Source: Styela clava | Taxonomy: Eukaryota | Assembly (NCBI RefSeq): GCF_964204865.1 | Contig: NC_135252.1 | Span: 17,794,001 to 17,858,000, forward strand | DNA: 64,000 nt | Reading direction: 5' to 3' | Shown: positions 22,493 through 37,000 of the stretch, piece after piece | How the letters are laid out: the number at the start of each line of letters is the position of its first letter | Numbering within the stretch: position 1 is the first letter of the stretch | Translations under genes and position numbers: made by a program | The notes under the pieces: model-generated | Told to the model about the DNA's origin: nothing | Seen by the model: the letters and a program-made list of their open reading frames with translations, nothing else | The model's database searches: none

Positions 22493-25400
22493 GTGAGTAT
22501 TGTTGAAAGATTTACGTAACGTTTAGTCTGTTAGTACACTGGCAGACTGACGTGAGTTATGAGAGAAGTTATTGTTAGGCTACTTCCCCAAGTAAAAAAA
22601 TTGAATGCTTATTTCTCAACGATACCGTACAATATACGGTGCCTTTTCAATTTACTGGCAAATTCCGAAATTATTGGTTTTAATTGTGTGGTATTGCATA
22701 TTAAATTTCAAATTAATCTATGTCTGTATGTTCTTACTACTGTACTATAGCCTAGTTTGACTATGCTACTGGTATGGGTATCCAGGTGTACATTATTCAG
22801 GTGTACAATACCTCTGCCTAATCAAATGCATTTTATAATGGTAACTTCCATATACATATGATTTAAACTTTCTCTTTTCAATGCATCTTGATACTTCTAA
22901 CCCTAATCTAGTCATCATGTCATATTTTTGTGTTTGGTGATAATTTTCCTTTTTCGAATCTAGCAAGAGACCAAGGTGGCCGAATTAGGATATATTTTAT
23001 CAATTGACTGACTTAACCTTTATATGACTGGAAAATTAAATGTATTGAATAATCAGATATTTTCGATGTAGCGAATAGTTGGTTTTATTTAGTTGTTATT
23101 TTCAGTATTGATATTGGACTAAAACAAAAAAATATGTCGCGTTCAACATTGATGTTCAACTGTATTAAACCAATCAACTAGTCAATGGTGTGATTGTCAC
23201 AATTTTTTTTCATTACATAATACATACCATATTCTATTACTGCTGATATACATTAAACTTGAACCTATTACTCAATAATAGATATAATCGGTATATAGTT
23301 TTCAAACTAATATGATATTTGGAGTGAAAAATTAATTTTTAATAAATGAATGTTGAAAATTTGCAATTTTTCAGAGAATTCATGATTTTACAAAAAAATT
23401 TATTGCCTCACTATTGTGTTTAGATAATTGGAATATTAAACTATTTTGATAAAGACATTTTAATTCAAAATTTAAACAGGCTAGTCTCAAGTTGACTCCT
23501 TCATACTTAAATGGCCGTTTATTGAGAATAATTGCATATTTTCTACATTTACTGTGATATTGATCTAAGTAGATTTTGATAAAATGCAAATTGTTATGGT
23601 TTGCTACATTCCTGCTGAATGAAATTTTCAAATTTCGCTTAGTTCTTGCATTATGTAATTTCACTGACCAAATTTGACTTTTCATGCCTGCCACAAGCGT
23701 AAACGAATGCATCAAACAGTAAGCTTTGAATGTTCATTATTAGTCATTGTGTGAGAGTCGCATATGTTTTATCATCTACTGTAAATATAAATAGATACGA
23801 GTGAGAGTTTGCTGCATTTTATTCGTTAGCTTTTACTGAGACATGGAATGATCATTTCAATGCGGTATCTTCCATTTGATGCAAATTTGAAAAGATTTAT
23901 CGGTAGTAAATTATATTTTATTATTATTGAATGAGAATTTTCTGTAAAGCAAATGCATCTATAATGTATGTATAGGTATTATCAAGAAGGTCAAGTTTTG
24001 TTAATTTAGGCTAAGGGAACTCTTGTGTTTGTCAGTTTATTTTTATTTAGAATTCATTTAGAATATTGATGAGTTTCTTTTAGGTTTTGAATGGCCTCTA
24101 AATAGGCCCTCACATCTTGAGTTATCTGTGTAACATCCATAATATATCTTTTGGAAAAAATTCATCAAGTGAAATCACCATGCAATGATATTTATTCAAT
24201 TTTGGATGGGTGCTCTCAGACGTATATTTTGACATTTGAAAACTATTTCATATTGCACGCTTATAAGTGCTTCATCACGCTCTGCGTCATTGTTAATTGA
24301 CAGAGGTAAGCATGCCCTATTTATCAAATATTGCAGTAACACACACTTAGTGCTAGATAGGGAATTCGATACAAAATTGATCCATACACTTCCATGCCAA
24401 TTTTTTTTTTTTTACGCTGTCTTTGTATGATACAGCAGGTGACTATCACGTTTCAATTTTAGGTATTTTTCCTGTTTGAGATTGGAAAATTTGTCGTTTT
24501 TTTTTTTTTCATTTCTACGATTAATCATTTTTGGAAATATAGGATCAGTTTTCTTTATTCGAAATGAAATTTTATCAACGAATCTTTTATAGGTAAAATA
24601 ATATTGTTGTTGCAAAGCATGATTTTTTATACAGTGTTTGGTTGTGAATGTCATAAATAAGTTATAACTAAAAAATACTTAATGTGTATTCGACGATCGT
24701 CCCCGTCATGTCGATACTTTACAGCGAGTTACCATAGTTGTTACTTCACCACAAGGATGAACAGGCAATATTTGTCAGCCCGAGGCGATTTTAAATAAAT
24801 TCCGTTGTTCAGGTAATTATAGTTTCCAGGTCTACAATAGGACATTCGGGATTATTTATCTGCCTATTTACAGTCGAGTAATTTTCTTTTTTGCTTTTAA
24901 CACTATTATGGCTCCCTATTTCCCATATTTTTATTATGACCTGTTTATTATAACATATTATTTTATTGTTTGCGACTGTAAATCATGCAACCCAAGGATA
25001 TTGAACGGGGCGATTCTAATACAGCTAAACGATGATGTAGTCGTGTTTGGCTATTTTTGCCGCACTCTATTTTAGTGAAATAATAATAGTTGCGCCTATT
25101 TCAAGAATAGCTTGGCGCAGAAATAGTCTGTGCGTCTTGTGCGTATATCATTTGCGGCAGTCCGTCGTCTTACGCACATGTACAGTAAAACGATTATGTA
25201 AATTGGATGGTAATATGCACCGCACGACATTTTTACGTTAATGAATGCGTTCATCACGCATTCCGACATGGAGTTGGTCATTAACCATATAAGGAGGGTA
25301 TCCAACATAATAGCTTAGTAGTACCTTGCTAGTCAACTCACCCTCCCTTACCAAATAAATCAATGAATGCATGCATAATTGGGAATATGATTATCCCCAG

Positions 25401-28019
25401 AAAATAATTTTGTTCGTAAAACCGGCCGTCTACAACTATGAATACACATAGTAATTAGTAATTATAGTTTTCATCTACAAATAAATATTTCTCAAATCCT
25501 ATCTCTGGAAAAGAGCTTTTCATTGATTACATCGCTGAAGCAATTTAACGAGTAATATCGCAACGAGAGCTCTCTCTCTCATTGTAATTTTTTTATGTAG
25601 ACATTTATCGCACCGATGAGAATTCGAATTCTTCTGTTAAATACTGGTTATCAAGGTTTCGCGATCGTTTACCAGTTTAATAAATTTTATGTTACTCAGC
25701 GCTGATTGCTGATATTGCGATTTCATTGTTCTTTAGCGTTAATGTAAAACTGATTAGTCGATCATAAAAGTTCAGATATAAAATCGCGATCCAAAAATAG
25801 AATATGGAATATTTTTAGTCCCGCTTCTATTGTTGTCTGGCGTATTTACTATACGATGCTATGAGTAATTTTAGATGGTGGAGGTTAAATGTTTATGTGA
25901 AAGATTCATGTGTGTTGCCTTGATTTTCAAAACCGCTACGAAACCTACTTCTTATCGCTTTCGAAAGGGGAATTCAATTCATCCTCTGACGTCATTTAGT
26001 GATATTCAAGCAGAAAAATCCTATTTATAGAATCGTTTGGTTCGTGTTGATAGTTCCGCCCTTTTGGCCGAATAATGCTGAATATCCTGGCGAAGCAGTC
26101 CATTGTTCACTGATGCGTTTTACCGCATGTCGTTACGTCGATTAAACGACTACCATGGGTGATTTTAACAGTTTTTTTTATTGACAAGCAATCAACTCAA
26201 ATTGAGAGAGAGAGAAATCACTATCTTATGAATTTGCTTTGACTTTACCATAGAAGTGTAATCTCTTCACGATACCGTATCATATAATATATTAGATTAT
26301 GTGAAGAAATGTCTATATGCGTATAGTTGCGCCGTCATTAGTTTCGAGTTATCTAATGTGCAGCCAAATGATTGATATTTTCTAACTTTGCTCGGTATTT
26401 CAGTATTGACATTTAATAAACAAATAAACGCCATTTCGCTCGTTTGAATTTCAGTTGTATGTTTATTGGATAGCTCGAATTGTACTAAAGCATTTGTATA
26501 CATACAAGAAAGAAATTTGTTAATTCCCTCGTGGTCTGGAATATATTGGCAGATTTAAAATTACTTGAAAATCTTCATGATTCCTATACCTCGTGCCTCA
26601 CAATTAATAAATTTAACAATTAGGACATGCGTGATAGGTGGTGAACCTAAACAATTCTATTTCAGTAAATCTTAAGATGTACTAAAATAAAATCATTCCA
26701 AATATGTTTGAACCCTTACCTTAAAGATATATATTATGTCTAAATCGTGCTTATGGCGGTCTGTACCGCGTCTAATTTTCCTGGAATGTTTGCATTGTAT
26801 GTCTCGACCACCGTGTATTGAACCGCTTGTGACGTAGCCAGGGCTATGAAATTCGTGGGATTTTAGCCAGATGCCATTTCCACCGAGGCAGCGCTGATAG
26901 ACCAGTGTCTTGCATGTTGCGTAACTGACACGTTTTCCCAACTATCTTGAATGCAACTGCCGCATCAGTTTATCGTGAGTATCTTGCGTCACTCGATTCT
27001 ATTTTGGGATACGTCAAATGCGCTTATATTAAGCTTGCCTTAATCTATTTTTGTCGCTTGTTTCACGTGCTACAAAATACGATTGTTTTCTATCGTTTAC
27101 AGCAAGAGAGTTAAAATCTATTTTCATTTGTACGTGACGTGTTATCAACCACATTGTATGTTTTGTGGCGGCAATGTGGCAGATTAGATTCTCCGGGATC
27201 GTTAACATTTAGGAAGAAGTATGATGGGTCATTGATTTCTTGGTTAGCCTTGTCAGGTTATTTGTTATTGCTACAGGCCAAACCTTAATTCTAACAAGTC
27301 AGGAGAACGGCCCTTTCCTTTATTATCTCTTATGATGATTTTCGTAGCAATTATGGACGATTTCTATTAGAAAAACAAATTATTTCTTTTTTATCCGGAA
27401 ATGTAAACTTAATAGGATTTTAAATATAATTGTAAAAGTTAATGTTCCGACGCATAATTGTTATATTTTTGAAAGAGCTTGACTGAGTGACTGTCTCGTT
27501 GTGAACTTGTGACCAAGATCGACGGAGCCAGTAAATACTCTACTCCTCACATTGGGTACCTCGCAAAATACCTCTTTTCCAGTTCCGTGATTCTAATATG
27601 CCCCCGTATTTGTTGTGATACAATAATATAACGAAAATTAATTTATCGGTGATTGTTTCGTCGAAACGGCTATTTTGTGCAAAAAGCACAAGGAGAGTTT
27701 GTTGGACACGATAAATTAGCTAGTAAATTATTTTCCTCGTTGTTTTATTGCACCCGACTCCATTTACAAACGGAAGCCTGATTAACTTTTTTAATTGATC
27801 GCCTAATACGTTTTAACATCTAATTACATGATTGTTTTAGGACAGTAGATAGATTACTAAAAATAGACTTTCACAAGGAAGATCGCTGATTTATAATTTT
27901 CGTCTGATGCCAAAAAGTGAAAGTTTCGTCTTCTCGTCGTCAAATCAGAGCTATCGGATCGAATTTAAAACAAGACAATTTTCTTACCAAGTGTATTTTG
28001 ATCGTCAAATTGTAACACA

Positions 28020-31000
28020 ATGGGAAGAAAAAAGATACAGATCTCCCGTATCGGAGACGAAAGGAATCGTCAGGTATGTAATGTAACACCCATTGTATGG
28101 GTGGATTTAACCCGCGAATGTGCGGCATGTATATTTTTAAAAACGAAGATCACTGACAAGAGTTTTAACCATCAGATTTTAAAATAATTTATGATATACT
28201 TAGTGATTTAACGAGGGCGAATATTTGTTGAAAATTTTGTGTGTCTTTGCATCTAATTCGTATTTTTGTATACTGTTATTCTTTTTCGTTGCAGCTTACA
28301 TCTGCATCGATCCCAGGACATTGAGATTCAAGCATGGACTATTAATAGAATACGCGATCTATTGCTTTACCATTATTGATCTAATGAGTTTGTTATAACA
28401 AAGTTTACGTTGCAACATTATTATTAATCCCAAAATGATACGTATTATATTACGCGCACTTTGCGTAGAATTAAATTTTACACGAATTAGTCTACGCGAC
28501 CACGTCGGGTTCAAGGACAAGAGTGGTCATCTGCTTCCACTATCATTTTGGTCTCATTTAGAATTCCGCTGTTTACATGTCACCCGGTATAAAAAACTAA
28601 TAAACTTTCATTGTTATTATGGATTGTAATTATTACTGGTATCTTACTGACATTGCCGCATTTGTTGTTTTTTCAGGTGACATTCACGAAAAGAAAATTT
28701 GGGTTGATGAAGAAAGCATACGAGTTATCTGTGCTTTGTGATTGTGAGATTGCCCTTATTATTTTCAACAGCTCGAATAAGTTATTTCAATATGCCAGCA
28801 CTGATATGGACAAAGTACTTCTTAAATACACTGAATATAATGAACCACACGAAAGCCGAACCAACGCTGATATTATAGAGGTAGGTAATAAAGGGGGGAT
28901 TTAAAATATTCAGTTTAATTAGTTTATTTTGTCTATTGTAAATGATGGAAATGCATCATCGCAAAGGTACCGCTTTTTAACGGGGTTATATCATAGCCCA
29001 CAATGTATGTATATATTGGAAACTTAACGAGAAACATTTTGACGTGAATTTGCGCAGAAACTTTAGATTCCAAGAAAATATAGTACCTAGCTTTACTATC
29101 CCGATCGGCAGAATATAACATATACCCTCCCAACATATTACGCAGTTGTAGTTGCTTGAACGTTTCAAATTTCAAATAAAAATTAGGCATCCAAATCTTT
29201 ACAGTCCTTGCTCTTGTTTCACTTGTTAGAGGTATGTAAATATGTAAATTTGTTTTAAACATGTCGCACATACTATAGTGATTTTCGTCATTTTGACATT
29301 TTCACGGGATTTTTTGTTTCGATGAAATTCATTGAATTTAAATTGTATTGAATTTGAAAGTCATGCTCATAGTAAATTTATTGGCATAATCGTACATCGC
29401 TAAATTTGTCTCAAAGTTATTGAAATCCCCTGTCGAACGAAAATAAATTCCTACATTTAATAAAGTGGCGATTGCCAAAAATTTTCTTCTAAGACGGCGA
29501 AAACAATACGCCGTTGTGACGTCATATTACAATTGGTTTTCGACGAATTTGTAACCGAATTTTATGTTACCGCTTGTTATTTCTCCCGCAGCTTACACGC
29601 TACACTTCTGGATTTTACTCTAATTTTCGTGTAATTATAACATTTCGTTATAAAACACGACCGCCACTGAAGTGTAATTGTCTTGTCTGCTTTACCATTG
29701 ATGACGTTGTAAGGTATATTTGGCCTCAAGCGGGATATGATTTTAAAAATACCTGTTCACCGACTGCCATAAATAACTTGTTGCCTGTTTAGGCGTAAAT
29801 CGTTTCAAGTGCTGTATTAAGTGTCAGCACTGCTACGATGTCAATTGTTGGGACAATCACACACACACACGGTCGTCATTGGCGTTTTGATTTATGGCCT
29901 ACGTTTTGTGGAATTTGCTAATTTTGGATTGCGTGTTACGTGATTGAAACTTAGGATATGCTTCCAAAGTGTTAATATCTTCGTGATTGATGGTATTGAT
30001 AATCGTGTAGTCGCGTATGTTTGGAATTTTCTTTCGTTCGTTGATGTGCCGCGTTTTTCAAAGACGTGTTGTTCAAAATGCTGTACTACTTACGATCGCT
30101 CCATTTTTTTTTTACATGTATCGTTCCGCGTAGGCCCAAATACGACGTTTGTCGTTCGCTTTGCCTCAGCGGTCACACACGGTTAAGCCCCGTTCGCTTC
30201 AGGCAATTTTTCAAGCAAAAGTAGTTGTTTTTGTTGCACGATATCTCGATGTACGCCTCAATAGTTATTGGTTTTTGTGACCCAGTCCTTCTTGAGCGAT
30301 TGACAAAGCCAACGTTGCTCGTTAGTAGAGCCGAGACGCGGTGTCTTCACGTACAATTATTTTGTTCCGTCGCTAATCTCCATGACGTAAAATTATATGC
30401 CACGATTTGAAAGCATTGATCACGACTCACGAGTAGAATAGAATTACCAACTCGCTTGCTATTCAGTTCAGTACTTCATGCCAACTGACATTTTTTGTTT
30501 GCCATTTGGGAGTTAAAACTTAATACTCTAAAATAATATGTGTTATGTAAAAGAATTTTGCATGGTATCATGAGCTTGCATTGCAAACCCAATTTTAAAA
30601 ACAATCGATTAAACCCGTTTCAGAATTAAATTAGGAAACCGCAAATTTTGTACAACACTTCAACGCAGTATGGAACATGTCCCGCATGTAAATAGGGTAA
30701 TTAAATTTGCCTACACCTGTTGCAATTTTTTAAATCCCGAATATATCGTTAATACTACATGTAATCCTAGTGAAACTATTCTCTATGTATGTGCTTCCCC
30801 CAAGCGTTAAGATTTAAAATACTTTTCTCCTGGCGGTAGATAATGTGAAAAAAATGGGACAGTGCAGACTGCAGAGCATATTGAGTGATATCAATAAACC
30901 ATGGACATATGCTGTATGATTACACCAGCTTAAATTTACCATTCTAAATTTCAACAAACATTTATAAATTTTGATCTGAAATAATATATGTTTGCAAATT

Positions 31001-34000
31001 TTATAAATAATATTTATTTATGAAGCTTAGTAGTTCTAAAAAAATGTGTTTGTTGAAATTTGCAAGTGAAACAGCTACCTGAAAAACTATTATTTACACC
31101 TCTTCCACTGTTAGATTGAAACATGTTTCAAAAACTTGCACTTTATAAATGAATTGCTACTATTTTACTTGCTATCTATTTGTGGTATTGTTGTTTTCTT
31201 GTATTTACTATTTATTTATAGCTTTTCAAACTCTATTTTTTCTATTTCACATTTTTATCGGATTCCGTATTCTATTAATAAATGACTGTTACTTCAGTTC
31301 ATGCTGGACATAATAATGGGAAATCACCTATAAACCTATAAATTGCCTAGCTATATTATGAAAGTTGTGAATTCATGATTTCAGATTATTTGCAATTTTT
31401 GTTATTCAATAATTCAAATCAACTTTATTCTAAAATAAATTGTATCATTAATTTATGAGTGAGTGCGAGTGACCTTGGTCTGGGCAAATTTCTTGTAAAA
31501 AAATCAAACAATTTTCAAATTGAATGTATCATAAAGGCCTAGCCTATGAATGTCAAACCATAAAATAGCTTAGTCGACCACTATGGCAAACATTTATAAA
31601 AAAAAAAATTATTTCTGAATTATAATTCAGCGTTGGATTTTGATCTTCATTCATTGAGTGCAGTATGCTCGCTGAAACTGCCATACAATCACTGGAGTGT
31701 ATAACCATGTATATGTGCTTGTTATTAAGAATCATGTACACGGATTTCTATGACAACATAACATGCTGCTGACGCAAACTAACATATCATACTACATGTT
31801 CAATGCAGCCAAAATGTATTAGGCTTCATTCTCCCTCTGGTTATGATTATAAACTAAAATGCAAATGCAGTTGTTCTTATCTAGCTTTGTGTATCTGCTA
31901 CAGGACTTTTCTCACACAAAAATAACTGTGGGAAGATTTTTTTTTTTTTTAATTAACCACACATGTGGAAAATGTTTTTCGTGAAGCAAAGTATACATTG
32001 ATGGTTTAACATGATATTAGCAATTTCTTGAGGAATTAGTGTTCTATAAAAATTTTGGCTTGCAATACAGTACTTGGCGTCTTTTCAAGTATGATTGCTC
32101 AGCTTCAATGAAAATATTTTTCTCTGGGTTTCAAGTTTCATAAGTGGTTGCACATAAATTTATTCTGATTTTGGTCACAACCGAAGACTGCCAATTGGCA
32201 AATATTTCTGGCGGACAAAAATACCACCCTTCAAAATCCATGTTATTAGTCACAATATGTACAGTATTGGAATGGTACATAGAACCATATGAATCGTTGT
32301 TGAAACTATACGTCATTGCATGATACAATCTAATTTGTTTACAAACTATTCATTCTGCTACATATTGTCTTCTTGTATACTGATTCTACATATGTGTTAT
32401 GGGTAAAGAAATATATATTATTCCTATGTGGCAAGTTGCATAACCTAATTACGTTATATAAGGTAATAAATCTTACAATGTTCTACCTTTCAGATGCTGA
32501 ACAAGAAAGAAAACAAGAATTGTGATAGTCCAGATCCAGAATCAACAGGTTATATGTTGACTCCAAATACACTGAAACGTTACGAAACAATCAACCAGGA
32601 ATTTGATGACATGATGAAGAGTGTGCGTCCACAACAAACAATACCATCACACCACATACATGGAGCGGTAATCAAAATTTTCCCATACATTGACATTTTC
32701 GGTATAAAATTAGAAGCGCTATGTTAGAAATTATGTCTTCCCGCACATTCAATTCGCAATTCTTCAAACTGTATATTTTAGGGTATAACCGTGCAAAATG
32801 CTAAATTTTACCATTCTTGTTTATAATGCTATAGATAGATAATGTAATTCTTTTAATCCAGATTCCATTTAATTATTCTATTCCTCTGATTAATTCCATT
32901 TTATTGGATTTTCCAACTTTGTTATTCTGCACAACTTGGCTGTTGTCTGCTTAGTTGACAGACACTGACGTCAAACTTGACCCGAATATGAACTCCCTTT
33001 CCAGCAGGAAGCATAATTGATAATTCCATCTGGTGTGGTGAAGGCTACAACAGCTTATGTTGTAATAGCATGTACATTTTGATGTTCATTGATAGTATCG
33101 AATGATAGCATCTTAGGAGTATGTTATGTTTCTTAAGACCATGTTTGTATCTTATTTGATACTAGAAGAAAGATGTATTGAGATGATCTCATCTATTTAA
33201 TGATACCATGATCTTTAATATTCCGACTAGGCATTTCCTGTCCTTACACCTTTTTCTTATTTTTTTTATTTTTTTTTTATTTTTCAGGGAGGAGATTTCA
33301 TTCCCATGCCTGTCACTGTCCCAGTGTCCAGTCAGGTTGGACTAGGAGGTAACTATGGACATATGCACCACTTGATTCAGCACCCAGACCCGAACTTGTT
33401 GCACCCACCACACCCTCATCATGGACGTCACAGTACAAGCCCACTGCCGCGGAGCCCGCTTGCAAGTCCGAGCCGATCTCCATCTGGTAAGTATTTTAAC
33501 AACTTTTATCAATTAATTAAATGTTATTGTTATTGAGATACGTTAGAGACATAAATATTGATGGATGGGAAATACTCGTTAATAGTAAACGACAGATCAC
33601 TTGAACGCCCCAGAAATGATGGAACAAGTTAGCAAAATTAACTATATACGAAGCAAATTAATATCATTATTAAATAAAATGAATCTCAAATTTGGAATGA
33701 AACTTGCGGAATCATAGGGTGTCGCAAAACCACGGTTGGAAACCACTGATATAGAGCGAGCGGTTGGAAACCACTGATCGGAACACCGAAGCATGCCTTT
33801 TCTTCTTAATATCTTCCCATCCTATTGATAACACTGACTATGACTCACTCATGTATATTTTCACTTACTATTTCAAACTCTTCCTAACTCTATCTATAAT
33901 CAGGTGGAATGTATGGGTCTGACATGAGTGTTATGTCTGATGCTTCCTCACCGGGTAAGATAATTGTGTGACACAGGTCTTGTCAACATGCTTATTTATT

Positions 34001-37000
34001 TTCGTTTATTGTGTGATTTTGGTTCGTAAATTTTTCTTGTGTTTGTGACTGTTTAGTATGTCTTATATATATTACAAGTAGGGGTGGGCATTTCGAATCG
34101 AATAGAAAATTATTCGAATCGGTTCTGAGCTAAACTTCGAATCGCCACCATCTTGTTTTTATCTTTCCGCTAATGGTCGAGGTGAATTCCCCAAGTTTTT
34201 TTTCATTGGAGTCATATTATTTCAACGAAATTCTAACATATGACTATTTCCTGTAGTGAGTTATTCTGTGTGAACGCTTAGTAATCTATCTGAGTGATTT
34301 ATTCTATGTCTTCAGTAATTCATTTGTTGAGAGGACTAATTACTATAATAAAGTCGCTTACAATTATATATTTTCAAGTATTCGAGATTCTATTAGAAAA
34401 ATTATTCGATTCGATTCTGAAATCACGAGGTATTCGAAAATGCCCAGCCCTAATTACAAGGTATCACAACCTTTGGCGCTCCTGAAGTATGCATACTAAA
34501 ATGGCAGACACCGGAACGTAGTATGTGTACCAGGTTAGGGTTTGGCTAGTCCCCGAACTCGTAATAGAATTAAAATAAGAAAAATTGGAATAAAATGATG
34601 GCCTAACCCTAACCTGGTACACATTCTACACACTGGTGTTGTCCGCCATCTTGGTACGCATACTTCAGGAGTACCCAACCTTTTGCAATCAAATTAAAAG
34701 AATTGGATATTGAGTTTGATGTTTTACTATATTTTGTGGTCTCTTGCATGGTATCTATCCATCTATTCTCATAGTTTTTAATTTGGGTTTTGTGAAGTAT
34801 GCTTTATTTTCATTACATACAACTCCTATAATAATGAAATGCCTCAGTTTGGTATGAAATATGCACCAGCATATTATGTAATAATAATGTGTGACAGTTC
34901 AGCTAAAAGCATATTTTTACAATAAATAGTTCACTTCCTCTTGCGCTATGAAAATTTATTCATCAAAACATTGCTGTATGCTTTTTATGTTGGTGTTATT
35001 TTCCAATCATAGCCTTTTGTTGGCTAGTTGTGATCAAATTTGCTTTCTTTACATATTACAATATTTTGTAACTTACTGCCCACCTCCATATTGAATATGA
35101 GATGTAATATTAATGAAATATCATTTTAATTAGGCTGTGTGATTATCAACTGTTCCCAACAAATTATGAGAATTAGAATCAGTCATTATTATCCATATTG
35201 TATGTTATATGGTGATGCATTTCATTCCACAAGGGAATCTTTGAAAATTTTAATTACACATTGCTTTTATTATTGAAGTACCTTACATTCCAAAATGCTT
35301 AACCTGGAGACATTCAGCGCTCTCATAAGTTTTTCAAGGTATAGTTATGAGAGTTTTGAAGGCAATTTGCTGTGTGTGTTTTTGTCTGACTTTGCATGCT
35401 TTTTATGTCTTGTTGCATGGAATTGGTATTTTGTTATGATATTTTTTTTAATTTTTTTTTTTTATGATATTGCGACAGGCTTGTCTATGTTCTATTTTAA
35501 AATATCAATCTGGTCTGTATATGTATGTGTTCTTTTATGCTCAGTGTTATGGTGTTTTTGTTGTGCTGTTGTGAATTGATTTTCAATAAGTTCATCTTTT
35601 TATCCATCCATATCTATCAGTATTCTTTGAGCTCTTTGGGTATGAGACTGTTTATTCCATACTGGAATCTTGCTTGGAGGTCAAGAAGAAGAAATTGAAA
35701 GCCTTTATACATACATTCTTTGATATTCCATTCAAAAACAATAGAATGCTGTGATCTCATTTGTTTGCCTATGTTTGATGAAAATGAGTATCTATTTTCG
35801 AATAGCCTTGAGCCCGTGGTCAAATTAAGTTCAAATTCTATGTTGAACTGTTGTATTATGTTGTGCAAAATACTTTAAACTTTTGCTCTATTTCAGCAGG
35901 ACCCAACAACGGCTACAGCAGTATACAACGAACCTCTCCTTCTATAGTACATATGGACCGTACATCCCCCATGCCTCAAAAACAAATAGGGTCAATACCG
36001 AAGCAGCAACAATCACCACGACAACCATCACCAACTAGAAAAACAGGACCATTACATCTCAGTATACCAGCATCAAGAAGTGGGATGGTAGGGGAATCTT
36101 TGGACTTTTGACCAATTTAATTGCTCTGATCAGAATGGGTTATATGGTCAAGAAAGTTATTTAATATTCACAGTTCCAAAAAGTTCCAAAGGAATATTAC
36201 AGCAGTACTTCATGTTATGAAGTTTATAATCTAAAATATATTCAGAGGAATTTTTAACCTGTTTACAGGCATCATATGTAGGAGTAATCTTATTTGTACC
36301 TGCTTTGAATTCAACCTCATTCTGTGTAATGCTATTGCAAAATATTCCAGCAAAAAGTTAGTTTTGTTCTGTTTACAGGAAGGAATAGATAACCAGCAAT
36401 TGTCCACACCCATTGTTAGTCTAGCAACACCCAGCGTTCAACCTGGTAATATGTATCAGCACACCTATAATCCTAATGGTAAGTTTATTGTATGAGCTTG
36501 GCCTAACGTCACGGATAATACATATGTAGAACCTTTGTATTTTATCCTGTTGGCAACAAAACTTAAAATTAATGGTTCCTAACATAAAACTAATTATAGT
36601 GTTGGTCAGGATGGCGTAGGTTGTAAAAGAATATCACAAACAAGCATATATCCCCAAAGTTTACAATAGAACTGGCTTTTGAAGGAATCGTGGTGTAGAA
36701 TTACAACTATTTTTTTGCAATCTGTTTGTTGTTTCAAGGTTTAAAACGGCAAGTTTTTGGCAGGGTTTATGATGTCTTGGTCTGTTGGCATTGTTAATGT
36801 AAAGCGTGGTAACACGATCAGTTTCGGTTTAAAAACAAGGAAATGTTCTGGAAGTTGGAATTGTTCCTACATATGTTACAATATGTATCTATCGTATCCT
36901 GTTATTGAAAAAAAAATCTTTGATTAATTTATTTTGAGCATACAAAACCAAAAGCTGAATTGAAAATGGGAAAAGATACCAATTCATTTTCATAAATTTT

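Noticed and set aside
28881-33287. A second mutually exclusive alpha exon of MEF2, as in vertebrates
   Set aside because: No paralogous DSPDP/EFD-type exon seen in either flanking intron by eye.
35295-35579. Hydrophobic 94-aa ORF in a Mef2 intron
   Set aside because: Product of a T/G-rich intronic tract; no phase-compatible splice sites or homology.
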